A DNA stretch of 64,000 nucleotides from the NCBI RefSeq assembly GCF_036321535.1, contig NC_087447.1:34536001-34600000 (forward strand). The letters are read 5' to 3'. The translations under genes were made by a program, and so were the position numbers. The stretch is from Camelus dromedarius. Its lineage: Eukaryota. How positions within the stretch are numbered: the stretch's first letter is position 1; each line of letters starts with the position of its first letter. The notes beneath the pieces were generated by a model, which was not told where the DNA came from, made no database searches, and was given only the letters and a program-made list of their open reading frames with translations. Shown one piece after another: positions 24,141 to 36,049 of the stretch.

Positions 24141-26449
24141 CATGGTGAGCTTTTGGTTATTTATGACAACAAGGGAGGAACCTATACCTCAGGGGGTAGC
24201 AACCCCGCTCAATAAACCTTTCTTGACTAACTATTTGAATGCATACGACCTAATAAATAATGCAAATAAAATCGATGCAGGTCCCTGCCCTCTAGGAGTT
24301 TTTGGTGTAACGCAAGCAGCAAACATTGCAGGAGACCGAGAACAGCGGAGTCTGACATAAAAGGGCCATAAACATGACAGGTTTTACAGGGCTTGCAATT
24401 TTTTTCTTAGCAATGCCCTCACCAGTGTTCCTTTGCCATGCTGATGGAAGGCTGTCCAAGAGCTGATTCACCTCAACAAATGTTTGATATCCTTATCCCA
24501 AGAGGTCATTTTGCCTGACCCAAGACTGGCTACATTTACCTTTCTGTGACCCAGTGTAGGGACCAACGACCCCTGGGAACATGATATGATTGGGGGTTGG
24601 GAGTGATAATTCCTCACCTCCGTTGATGCCCAAGAGGGGCTTGGAGAGGAGCAGCAAATTTGGGGAAGACAGAAGGAAGGTGCCCAGCAAAGGGGCCACA
24701 ACTGGGTCTGCTGGCACTGGACAGGACACCCTGCCCCAGGCTGAGGACTGGGCAGGGTAAACCCCAGCACTGAGCCTTCATCCTGGATGGAAACTTGGGC
24801 ATTGTCTTCACTTCGCCAAATCCAAGCCAGACAACACAAGGGCCCCAAGACACTCCATGAAAGTCGGCTTCCCTAGTAAATTCATTTGCAAAGCAAATGT
24901 CAGTTCATGAAGGGCTCTGGAAGGTCCTGCATAGGGAGCTGACTTAATTTTGCCTAATGGTGCTTCTTAGTGAACACTATCCACGTCCCACAGAGCTAAT
25001 GTTACATGGAACACAGTTTGGAAGATAATGTCCTTTCTTTTGACAACATATGAGGACAATGGGACCCAAAGTAGGGGGCAGATGGGGTGGTTGCCTAAGA
25101 TCAGTTAGTGAAGAGCTGAGACCAATATCTAGGCCTAGAAGGTTCAGCAGGAGCCCAGTGATTGGAAACACAAGTACCCACAGGAAGAAAGCAGACTGGC
25201 TATAAGAAGAAGAAAAAAAAAGCCTCTGGATGATTTAGCTCACATCTTCCTTCATTTTAATATGTCATAGGTTTGGGCAAATATTTTTTGACTGTAAGAT
25301 AAACAATAGTACAAGAGTGATATGCTCTTAATGGTAACTGACATTCAGCCTCAGGGCCAGGGAGCAAAAGGGAGCGGTGGGGACTGGGGCTAACGGAGTT
25401 CTCTGGCTCAAGGGGCTGCTGCTCCTTGGCTCCTATGATCTCTAACACGTGAATGTGCAGGTCAAACGTTGTTGGCTCTTTTGATTTCTCAAGAGAAGCA
25501 GGATGAACAGATTTGTGACTGGTCTCCTGAAAAACAATTTTTTTTGCAGGTTGAATTTTGTCAATGGGTCTCCGGTTTGTCTGTGTGAGACCCGTCTCCT
25601 TCTGTCCTGGTCTATTCCTCTCCACAAAAGTCCAAACCCTAGCACTCTCTGGCATTCCAGGGCAGTACCAGGCGGGTCAGCAGGAGGCAGAGGTTTCCCT
25701 GGCCTGGCTTGCGGCTTGCGCTGTGGAGGGATTCCCCGCAGAGATAAATTGGGACAACAGTGCTCCGCAAACAGCAGTTTTCAACATAAATATTGCCAGG
25801 TTTGAGCTAATGTGATATCAGCCAGGCCTGTAATCCAAACAAAATAGACCATTGTCCTGTGATTATTTTGCCTTTGGACAAAAAGCCTCTGAACACTTGG
25901 TTTCCCATTTTTTTAACCTCTGTATTTATGGGCCATGTTAATTTAATTCAGCAGCTCCGCCTTCAATGCAGTTCAAAAGCGGCTGGGATTTGCATTTCAT
26001 GATTTCAAAGCCTTTCTGGTCCTCTGGGCTGCCCTGAAAGGGAGGCTTTGTCCTCTTCATTCTGAGAAAGAAGAGGACAGAAAACCCACCCACACCCTTT
26101 GACATAATAGAAAACATCCTTGGAAGCTACACACATGGCTGCTCATACCCCAGAGACAGAGAGCCGGCCCCAGAGCACCTGGAACGCCCTGCAGTAGTCT
26201 GTCTTGGCCCTCACAGCTACGGCTGTGACTGGGAGTGGAGCTCTCCCCCTTCCCTGGGGCTGCTGACCGAGGGCCCAGCTGGAGGTCATCAGAACTGCTG
26301 CCTGCTGGCCAGTCGGAGTGGGCCAGGCAGGTTTGTTGGACCAGACTGAGCCCTGTCCGGGGCTGCCAGGCTGTCTTTTCTAGAAGCAGAGGACCTTTCG
26401 CTGAGGTCCATCACCAGATTTTCACAGCATGCCCAACACTGGGTTAATA

Positions 26450-26560
26450 GCTTTATAAACTTTATCTCATTTCAGCCCTGAATCATATGAGATGAGGTCT
26501 GTAACTGTCATTTCACAAATGGGGAAACTGAGGTGGAGAGATTTGTCCAAGGGCTCAAGG
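26450..26560 (-). mobile_element. MIR SINE fragment
   Basis: CATTTCACAAATGGGGAAACTGAGG...TTGTCCAAGG. Confidence 0.78.
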
Positions 26561-26689
26561 CCTCTTGAAATAAAAATAAAAGAATTCTCTTTGAAAAGCG
26601 AAGCTGGCTTTTTTTTCATGTGTCCTCTGAAGTTGACTTTAATTTCGATTCCCATGACTGAGAATGGATTTCTATTTTTCTTTTTTTAA

Positions 26690-27240
26690 TATACATTTCT
26701 AACAGAACAAATCATCCACTAATGTATTCCAACATACTTTTTTTACAAAACATTACAGGTAAGGCTTAAAGCTCCTTAGACCGCTCTACCCCACCTCCTC
26801 ACTCCATCCCAACATTGACTCAGCCCACGGCTCCCCTCCCCTCCCCTCCCCAAAGGCAGCCACTGTGACCCGCTTCCACAGTAACCTCCCACTGTCGTTC
26901 TGCATACTTGCATACTATTTTATGGCTAAGCATGTTTGTAATGTTTGCCACTTTTAATAAAGTGGTAATCATATTGTGTATATCTTTCTACAATTCAATA
27001 AACTCTTGGTGACTACTGAATACAGCAAATCTAGAACTTTCTCAGTCTTCTTACCACACTCCACAGTTCAGCCACATTATGGTTCAGTTAGCTGTTCAGT
27101 GTCTTCACTCTCACAAACACTGCATGGACAAGACAGCCCGAGGCTGCCTCCTGGGTCATACCTGCATCTTTTCAGAGCAAATGTAAGAAACGGGATTGCA
27201 GCAGGCGACAGGGACTGTCTGTTTCTAACAGGCTTTCACT
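26690..27240 (-). mobile_element. old L1 (L1ME-like) fragment
   Basis: CCCCAAAGGCAGCCACTGT..., AAAGTGGTAATCATATTGTGTATA..., GGGATTGC: diverged antisense L1M 3' motifs. Confidence 0.5.
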
Positions 27241-27289
27241 TCCTCTGTGGTATAGAACCCAGATTTCTTAGTTTGGAACCCCTGGACCT

Positions 27290-27680
27290 GTCTCTGGCAT
27301 AGAGTATTGTGGGCAGAGGTTTATAGGGGAGTGATCTCAGGAGGGCCACCTGTAAGGAAGTGAGGAAGGCATGGCTGGGCCTGCAATGCCTCCAACCAGG
27401 CCCCAGGGGGCCCCTATAGGACCTCTGGAGCTGGAATGACCCCTTCACAGCTGTCCCAAATTGAAGGAAGGAGGCCAGGAATTTTTATGCCTGCATAAGC
27501 CAAGTATTGGCAAAAATGGCCTCCTTCTGGAAAAGGGTATAATCTTGGGTGAGATGGTTCCCTGTGTCTCTGAGCAGTGACCAGAGAGAGACACAACTGT
27601 GCACTGTGTCACATTCCCAGCAGCCGGGGACAGGGATGTTGGCCTGGAAGAGGGGACCTGAGCATCCACTGTATCCACTT
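27290..27680 (-). mobile_element. ERVL solo LTR (LTR33-like)
   Basis: CTCTGGAGCTGGAATGACCCCTTCACAGCTGTCCCAAATTGA...; ACATTCCCAGCAGCCGGGGA...GAAGAGGGGACCTG match the recalled LTR33 reverse complement. Confidence 0.75.
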
Positions 27681-28659
27681 TTAGAAAAGCGACTCCATTC
27701 TCCAGGCTCCCACGCAGCTAACTCACGTGATGCAGTTCTGACCAGTGGGGCCAGGAAGCAGTGGGAGTAACTTCCAGGTTCAGCCACAGAGGGATCATCT
27801 CAGACTTTTGCAGGAAGGAAAAGTAACTTGAGTGCTACTGAGATCAATTTTATTTGCAATTTCTCTGAAAAACAGCTGAACATACGTATTGACTAATGCA
27901 CCAGCTCACTGGGTATGCACTGTTAAATAAGTTTAATAGCTACAGCACTCCAGGCCTCTCCCCCTCATCCACGTCTGTTCCAAGTTATACCCCCACCTAA
28001 AGTATGAGCGTGTCCATTTCATGGCAATGGCTTTCTGAGCCATCTGTATCCTCTAACCTGGGTCCATATCTGGCCTATTTGCAAGGACTCTAGCAGTGGG
28101 TAAGGATTCTGTCAGACACATGGAACAAAGCAAGCCTGACCTGGCAGGAAACAGACCCAAATAGACCCCACAAAGCCACATGAGCTCCTGGCTTCAGCTG
28201 GCTCTCAGCTCAGAAGTCAAAGCTAGGAGAATCAGGACCAAAGAAGCTGTATGGGTCCAAGCTAGAACTCAAAGCTCCGATACCTTGGCCTCAATCCCAA
28301 CTTGGCTGCTCTCTTGGGAGCCCTGGGAAGGTTCCCATGGATCCTCTGTCTTCTCATCTGGAAAATGGGGCCTCCTGGCCTGCAGCCCAAAAAGTGGGCT
28401 CTTCACCCAGACTTGGAAAAGCCTCCAGTTAATCATGGTGCTTCTGTGAGTCACACAGCTGAGCTGCTGGGGGGCCCTACATAGCAGGGCAGGCAGCACC
28501 AGGCTTGGCTGCCATCACTAAGTAAATGATGGTTGTACCATCAAAACTTCAGGCGGAATTTCATCTTCCTAGCAGACGCCATTGAAGTTATTAACAGCAC
28601 TGCCCAAACCAGCCAGGAAACAAGGGCCTTGGAGAAACAGTTCGAGGGAGGAAAGCAGA

Positions 28660-28840
28660 AACACTTCCTGAGGGCCTATCACTAGCCAGGCCCTTACAAA
28701 TACCATCCTATTTAATCTTCCTGACAACCTGTGAGACCTAAGTCTCACTACAGATAAGGAAATTGGAAAGCAAAGCGATTAATACATTTGCTTGGGCTCA
28801 CAGGGTAAGACTTCAAACCAGCTCTGGATGGCTCCAGGAT
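28660..28840 (-). mobile_element. MIR SINE
   Basis: ATTTAATCTTCCTGACAACC...TACAGATAAGGAAATTG. Confidence 0.75.
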
Positions 28841-28869
28841 TAATAATAATAGCAATACTACTAAGGATA

Positions 28870-29125
28870 TGAATAGTTCTCATTTACATGTCACATCTAT
28901 GTCTAGGTATTATTCTGCGTGGTTTTACATATATCAACTGTTGAATTCTCAGGACAGCTCTACAGGGTAAATACTCTAATTATCTTCACTTTACAAATGA
29001 GGAAACTAAGACACAGAGTGGTTAAATAATTGACCAAGGTCACACAGCAAGGAAACAAGGGAAAGCTGGAGCTGGGATCTGAATCAACAGCCTGGCTTTG
29101 AAATCCACATGCTTATTATCCCCAC
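28870..29125 (-). mobile_element. MIR SINE
   Basis: CACTTTACAAATGAGGAAACTAAGACACAGAGTGGTTAAATAATTGACCAAGGTCACACAGC. Confidence 0.92.
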
Positions 29126-29174
29126 GCCCTCTGGGCTTACTGTCCTGTATTCGTCTCTACACTCCCAGCTTGCT

Positions 29175-29325
29175 ATAGAATACTAGAGCTAAAAGGGACT
29201 GCAAAGAATGTAGTCTAATCTCTCCATTCTACAGATGGGCAAACGAGACCCAGAGATCACAGGCGACTTGCCCAGTAACACACAGATGGGGGCAACAATG
29301 CTGGGAGCAGAACCAAGACCTAGGA
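29175..29325 (-). mobile_element. MIR3-like SINE
   Basis: TAGAGCTAAAAGGGAC...TAGTCTAATCTCTCCATTCTACAGATGGGCAAAC...GACTTGCCCA. Confidence 0.8.
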
Positions 29326-29689
29326 AGTGGGAAGAAATTCCTAACTAAATTTTCAAACATAGCACTCTTTACTTTTAGCCTCTTTTTTTTATTTCAGCAG
29401 ATCTGGGGTTCTCAAGAAGCTGGCGGGTCTAATCATGGAGTTAAGTGAAGACTCCAGCAGGAAGGAGGGGGATCTGAGGGCAGCATCTGAGGGAGAGAAG
29501 CAGAGTGAAGCTGGCAGTGGCAGAGAAGGCTCTAGAAGCTCTGGAAGCCAGGTGGGGGCCCGGACAGCCCCAGCCAGGCACCGCAGGGTGTGCAACTCTA
29601 CTAGATTTATTGGGTTAAGCAGTGCCTTTTTCATGCTTCCTCCTTACTAGTTGAAAACCAAAAGTGAATACCTAGTGAGGATGAGGATG

Positions 29690-29930
29690 AGAAGTAGTAG
29701 AGGGTAGCGGTTATAGTAACAGAGTCCTGGGTCCGCTTTATCATTGGCTCTCAGCGTGATGACGACAGCTGCTTCATCTCTCCACCCCTCAGGTCCTACA
29801 GTAGTAAAATCATGGTGGGGAAAGTGCCTTGTGTCCAAGGGAGAACTAAATCCGTAGACAGTCCTAAAGTAAACAACGTATGCCTGGCACAGAGTAAGCC
29901 CTTCAGGGAATAGTTGTTGCTGCTGCTTCT
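29690..29930 (+). mobile_element. MIR SINE
   Basis: CCTGGGTCC...CCTCAGG...GTAAAAT...TGCCTGGCACAGAGTAAGC. Confidence 0.65.
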
Positions 29931-29939
29931 TACTGCTAC

Positions 29940-30090
29940 TGCTACTTATTGGACATTGACCACATGTCCTGGCTTAGGACATTATAAACATTTTCTCATC
30001 TCATCCACCTGCTGTGGTGGGTACTACCCTCTCCAATTTACAGGTCAGTAAATGGAGACTTGCAAAGATTAAGTGATTTGCACAAGAGAA
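29940..30090 (-). mobile_element. MIR SINE
   Basis: GGTACTACCCTCTCCAATTTACAGG...AGATTAAGTGATTTGCACAAG. Confidence 0.75.
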
Positions 30091-31827
30091 GCAATTGCCT
30101 TCTTGGGGTGAGTGGTTTACATGGAGCCCTAGCTCTCTCCTTCCGTGCAGTGTTCAAAATGGTACTGATAACATGAAGATGTAGCCATAGGTGCTGGGAA
30201 AGTCACCCAGAAAAGGGAGATGAGGAAGAGACACAGAAGGCAAACTTGGATGCAAGTGCAAATGACCTTCACTAAAATAAGAGACTTTGGAGGGGGCTGA
30301 TTTTCTCCTTTTGCTAAGCCCTCTCCAATCACTCCTTCCAGTGTGTCACCCACTCCCTACCAGAGCCCTCACCTGGGTTATAGGGTTCCAGGGACTTTGC
30401 GGCACTCGAATATTATTTGAGCCATTCTGACTCTCCTGGAGGCTGTCTAGAGGACGATTCAGACACCTCCAGCAAGTTCTTAGAGCAGCCAGCAGCTCCC
30501 TGAAGCCCCACGGCTCAGCCAGCACTCATTCACTGGTTTCTCTGGGCTGTCCACCCCACCCTGGTCCCAGGGGCACAGGAAATCTTTGTAGAAACAAACT
30601 CCCAGAAACCAATGTAAGGGTTGCCTGGCATGGTCGGGGTTGACCCTCTGGCCAAGAGCAAGCTCAGTATCAAGCGATCTCCAGGTCATCTGGCCACCCT
30701 CCTCTCTTAGTGTTAATAAAGCAGAGGTGACAGAGACGGCACAGGAGCTGCCTTATTTTGCATCCTTGCCTCCTCCTAAGAAGACAGAGGATCAAAGTGA
30801 GAGCCTCTCATGGGGCTTTTTGTACAGTTGACCAGAGTTGTCTAGCTGGAAAAATTCAATACAGCAAGGAAAAAAAAAAACCTGGAAGGAGTCCAGTAAG
30901 AAAATATAGAACAGGTAGAAAATGCAGGACAGCCAGAAACAAATGCAGCCAGATCAGGAAAGTAACTTTTGGATTTAAGTGGTTTTCTTCCTTTCCAACT
31001 CCTGCCAGATTTGCCCAGGAAAAATCTGTCAGGATCCTGCAAGCAGGTGAGAGTGCACCTGGTGACGTGAGGCTAGAGGCCAGAGCAGAATGCTAAAGAT
31101 GAGAGAACACAGGAATTAATGTCACTGACCACATGGGAAAAATGACTACGATTGACCAGATGGCTCAATTAGCAGGATTGGTAGAACTGAGCTCTAGGAA
31201 AGGCAGGGGTTTCCTGCTCACTCTGGAAGGGAAGGCAGAGAATACATGATCCTCTGCACACCAGAGGCCAATCTTTTACACCCCATGCTATCCTCCACCC
31301 CACCCTACAGAGTTGATGGCAAAAGGCACAGATCATAGTCTGAAGACATGGCTTCCCCACCACTTCTGCCTCACCCCAGGAGACTGCCCTGGCTCATTCT
31401 TGACTCGCATTCACACACGGGCATCCTTGGGGCCAGAAGTGGAGCCAGGGGAGCAGCCACCACTCTTTGGGAGGCAGTGGGTTCCCTGGATAGGACAGAG
31501 GGGACTTGATGTCGTACTGCCTGGGGTTCACTGTGAGCTCTGCCACTTTGGCAAAATGCTCACGAGTTTTTGAGTACTTTCCATATGGCAAGTGTGAATC
31601 AAGGAGCATGACGTGAAATTCTCTCACTTAATCCTCCTGAGAACTCATGACAATCCCACCAGTTAAGTTTGGTTAGCCCTCTTACGCAGGCCCAAGGTCC
31701 CACACATAGTATGTGGGAATGCAAACCTCAGCTCTTAGTCTCCAAGATCTCTGCACTTCACCATTATGTCATCTGCATTTCACATAGACTCTTTGCACTT
31801 CAATTCCTCTTCAAAAAAATGGGGGAT

Positions 31828-31913
31828 GGGGAGGTGGACAGGTATACCTTAAGGGCAGAGTGCATGGTTAGCATTCACAAGGTACTGGGTTCAGTCCCCA
31901 AGACCTCCATTTT
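31828..31913 (+). mobile_element. tRNA-derived Vic-1-like SINE inserted in a MIR core
   Basis: GGTATACCTTAAGGGCAGAGTGCATGGTTAGCATTCACAAGGTACTGGGTTCAGTCCCCAAGACCTCCA plus A tail; degenerate TSD AAAAAAATGGGGGAT / AAAAAAATCAGGGAC. Confidence 0.8.
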
Positions 31914-31979
31914 AAAAAAATCAGGGACAAATAGCTACCTCAGAATGCAGTAACAGCAGAGAATGGCCTACCTACGTAG

Positions 31980-32670
31980 AAATAATCATAGCTTCCAGTT
32001 TTTGAGATTTACCACAGCCTGGCTGGCACTGGACTAGGACTTTTACTTCAATTGAATCCTCCTGACTAACCTGTTAGGGGTTGAATTGTGTCCCCTAAAA
32101 AGATATGTTGAAGTCCGCATCCCCAGGATCTCAGAATGTGACCTTATTTGGAACTGGCGTCACCGTAGATGTAATCAGTTAAGATGAGGCCACATGAGAG
32201 GAGGGTGGGCCCTTAATGAATGGTGTCCTTCCTTATGAGGGAGGAGAGAGACATAGAGAGGAGAATGCCGTGTGAAGACACGGGGACACAGGCGGAAGAC
32301 GGAGGCAGAAACTGGAGTTACACAGCCACAGCCAAGGCAGGCCTGGGACTACCAGAAAATAAATCCCCAGAGGACTGAGAGGGAGCAAGGCCCTGCCAAC
32401 ACCTCGAATCTGGACTTCTAGTCTCCAAAACTGTGAGACAATACACTTCTGTTGTTTTAAGTCACTCAGTTTGTGGTACTTTGTTAACAGCAGCCACAGG
32501 AAACTCAACACAACGGTAGGCGTTTTCATTTTTTTTTTTTTTTTCTGTTTTTGCAGATGAGGAAACAGAGGTTCAGCAGAGTTAACTAACCTGCCCAAGA
32601 TCACACAGAGAGTGAGTAAAGCTAAGAATGGAGTGTGAGTGTCTGAGCCCAGAACCTCTATGCTCGGCGG
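31980..32670 (-). mobile_element. MIR SINE split by the MLT1C-like LTR (parts about 31980-32071 and 32511-32670)
   Basis: ATTGAATCCTCC...AACC [LTR] GGTAGG...TTGCAGATGAGGAAACAGAGGTTCAG...CTGCCCAAGATCACACAG. Confidence 0.8.
32072..32510 (+). mobile_element. ERVL-MaLR solo LTR (MLT1C-like)
   Basis: TGTTAGGGGTTGAATTGTGTCCCC...CTCAGAATGTGACCTTATTTGGAA...TGTTGTTTTAAGTCACTCAGTTTGTGGTACTTTGTT...AACA. Confidence 0.93.
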
Positions 32671-33199
32671 CCAAGCCTACGGCCTGTGTGGGGGGGGAAG
32701 GCGCAGCATGCGCTCATCCCCTTCCTCGCACCGCTGCCCGTCTGCCGCCCCTTCACGCCCACCTCTTCTCCTCTCAGGGGACCTCCCTGTTGACTCACCC
32801 ACGTGGCCTCTCCCGTCTCTGAGTTCCCATGCTTCCACGACAGTGCACGGCCAGGTAGTACCTTTCTTTCCGCCCTCCGCCACGGCCCCTCTTCAGCTCA
32901 GGTGAGTCTGGCCTCCATCATAAGACTGAAAGTTCTTTCAGGCTGGGTCTTGGCTGGGTCTTCTGCTGCTCTGCCCAGAGCTAAGGCAGAACTCACCCAG
33001 GACTTAACCCATCTGCCTTAAGACGGCCCCATCCAGGGACAAGAGGCCAATCTGATTCACCTGCAGATCTGAGAATCCACAGATCCGCATGAGAAGTAAG
33101 ATATTTCCTGAATGTTTTTGACAACATTGGAGATCGGGTCTCTCTTTTTAACCTACCCTCAATTCTATGTTGTTTCTCAAGGGAAATCTGTCCATCCAG

Positions 33200-33907
33200 G
33201 ATGTGAGAAAACAAGCTCTTTGACCCTCCTCCCTAAGAGAAACGCAGATTGGTACAAACCTCCTGGAAGGCAAGTCAGCCATGAACATCACAAGTGGTTT
33301 TTTGTTCTAAGTCCAGAGTTTTTACCCACTTCCATAAATCATTCCTAAGGAAATGATCAGAAATTCCAACTGAGATTTATGTTCAAAGATGCTTATTAAA
33401 ATAGTACTTACTATTTTGAAAAAACTGAATATACTCTAAAGGTCTAACCGTAAGTGATGGGTTAGTTAAATTATGGTATACTCATAGAATGTTATGCCTT
33501 ACTGGTTAGATAAATTACAGTTCTTCTAAAAAATGATATATTACACCTCACCTCACTTGAAAGTGTTAATTCTGAAGAAAATGTCTTATCATGAGAGAAT
33601 GTGGATACTATTAAAAAACCAAGTTATAAAATTGTACATACAATAGGATCCCAATTTGGATTGTGAATAGAAGGAGAGAGAGAGAAGGAGGAAGTTGATG
33701 AGGGGAGGGGAGGGGATAGAGGGAGGGAGGAAGAAAGAAAGGGTCATGGGAGCTAGGAAGGGTGAGAGATTCTCAGATTTACGGGAGATAGATTTAAAAT
33801 ATCCTTTTCTTTTGGGTAGCAAGACCAGAAATAAATTTTTTTTCTTTGTAACTTTCTGTATTTTCTAAGTTCTCTACAATGATTATTGGTAAGAGTTTTA
33901 TAACTAG
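33200..33907 (+). mobile_element. old L1 (L1M/L1ME-like) 3' fragment
   Basis: ATTGGTACAAACCTCCTGGAAGGCAA...CCTAAGGAAAT...TAAATTATGGTATA; 3' UTR CTTTCTGTATTTTCTAAGTTCTCTACAATGA. Confidence 0.75.
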
Positions 33908-34829
33908 AGGGGAAGGACCAGCTCTGCCCAGTGGCATGTCCCCACCACTTCCCTCTGCCCTCCCTGCTTAAACTGACAGCCTCCGCTAGGCTCCACCCAC
34001 AGCTCATTCAGAGCTTCCCTGAGCCACGTGGAACTGAGAATAAGCAAGCATCAGTGCATTCAAGAGTCAAAGAGTGGGCACAGTGAATGGACAATTTTCC
34101 GGTGCATCTCTCTGCACCACACAAGCAATTCAGGGTCTGGGACTATTTCCAAGAAAGGCTCATCTGCTCTGAGCAGCAGCTGGCTCCGGAACCTGCACAC
34201 CTCTTACCTTGTTCCCAGACCTTCAGAAACAAAAGCTGGGAGGGACTGTGGGCAAGCCCATTCACCCCCGAACTGGAAACGATCCCTCTTCCCAAGCGTG
34301 TCACCACCAGCCACATCTCAGGGACAGTCACGATAGGGGCATTTAGTGGAAGAAACAAGGGACTGTGGGCATGTGCAAATTGCTTTTTCACAGTGAGGTC
34401 ACAGGGGGAGAAATCCCACCAATACAGACAAAATGGTATGTCTAACCTGTTACTTTGGCCCATCACCCAGTGCAGCCACAGGGCTGTTACAAATGCTGCC
34501 TGTCTTCCCATCTGGCATGTTGCTATAAAAATTTAAATAAAATACCAAACACACACAGCACCAATATTATCATCATCATCACTCTCTCATGGAAACAAGA
34601 AATTCAACTAAATGAACTGTATCCTGTGAACTGCATTTTAATGAACCTCACATTCATGTGCATTTCTGGACCCCTGTATCTTTCCAGAAAGCATCACACG
34701 TTATAGGGACCAGTTGGTGCTCTTCTATCTAAAGATCTAACTGCTTAATTTCCTTTCTACTGATTACCTTCTGAGGTCTTCCCTTAGGACAAAGACCATT
34801 TCTAATTCTAAGGCATTAAAAAAAATAGT

Positions 34830-35000
34830 AAAGGAACTAGACACCTGGGTTGCAGCTTCACCACTAGTGAGCTGAACCTCAATTTCCCTGACTGTAAAAT
34901 ACCTACCATATATCTGAGGGTCAAGTGAGATGTCAAGTATAAACTGTGCCTGGCCCATGGTGAGTCCTGGAATGAATATGGTTAAAGCTACATCATCTTC
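34830..35000 (+). mobile_element. MIR SINE
   Basis: ACCTGGGTT...CTGAACCTCAATTTCCCTGACTGTAAAAT...TGCCTGGCCCATGG. Confidence 0.8.
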
Positions 35001-35346
35001 TATTCTTAAGGTTTAGCTCTAAACCTAGTTTGGTCACTTTCCCCAAAGCCCTAATTAGAGGACTTTCTCTCCAGTTCCCCTTTCTACAAGATTTCAATGC
35101 ACGAAAAGCCCAGAGTTTTTGTTCGTAATCTTTCATCATGAATCTGAAATTTTAGAGGGTTTTTTTGAGCTGTTAATTAAATTAAATTTATTTAATAGCA
35201 ATTAAAATAATTAAAATATTTGAAAAGGTAATGGTTATTTTATACAAAAAGCACTTTTATTAAAAAAGGAAGACTTTTGATTCTACTATACCTGTAAATT
35301 CAGACCAATCAGACCAAATGTTGACTTACTTGCGGCTACCATGGCA

Positions 35347-35376
35347 GGGCAGCCCTCCCTCCAGCAGGGGGCTCCC
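35347..35376 (+). promoter_or_regulatory. candidate CTCF binding site
   Basis: CCAGCAGGGGGCTC (35361-35374) closely matches the core CCASYAGRKGGC; lies in unique sequence. Confidence 0.55.
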
Positions 35377-36049
35377 CTTTTTTCTGAGTAATCAAGAGCA
35401 GTGAAACCTTCCCACCCATGGTTGACACAACTCCAGGAAAAAAAAACACACCCCTCAGTGTCCTCTTACCCAAAGGAAAGCAGAAAATGCTATTCTACAG
35501 ATGGTTTCCCAGGCTCACCTGTAAAATAGTTTCATTCCAAGTTAGCCTGTCAAAATCAACACTATTTCAAATTAAAGCAATAAGATTATTTCATAGGAGC
35601 CCCATCAAAACAGTACTATTCCAGGCTAGCTCATCAGAGTCCAACTCCAAGCTACTCTATAAAAATAGTACTATTATCAGCCCAGTTCCATAAAACTAAA
35701 ATTACTTTAGTTTCATTAAGGGCCAAACAGGGTTTTTGTGGGTTGGCTGAGAAAGTTACTCCAAATTAAATGTTCCCTGGAAAGTGCATTCTGAGTTTGA
35801 CACAAGACCTAAAAACCAACTATAGGAACACAGCACATGTCTTAGCAAGGATTTGCTAGCAACATCTGTTTTGCACTGAATGGTTAGCTTCTGACCACAG
35901 CAGCAAATGCGGATGAAGCACGTTAGCAACATGTATCCCTCTGATAGATGAGAACAGACAGAGCCTGGCAAATTTGCTGATCAAACTCCTTACAAACCAA
36001 ATCTCCCAGGCGATTGCTGGCTAAACAAGTAATACTACAGATGGAAGGA

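Noticed and set aside
25062..25082. Additional CTCF-like words (GTAGGGGGCAG here, at about 15610 and at about 60003)
   Set aside because: Lack the 5' CC of the core; too weak without ChIP data
29340..29410. Strong splice acceptor TTTTTTTTATTTCAGCAG (similar at 25549 and 36652)
   Set aside because: Isolated acceptors without a convincing paired donor or reading frame; common by chance
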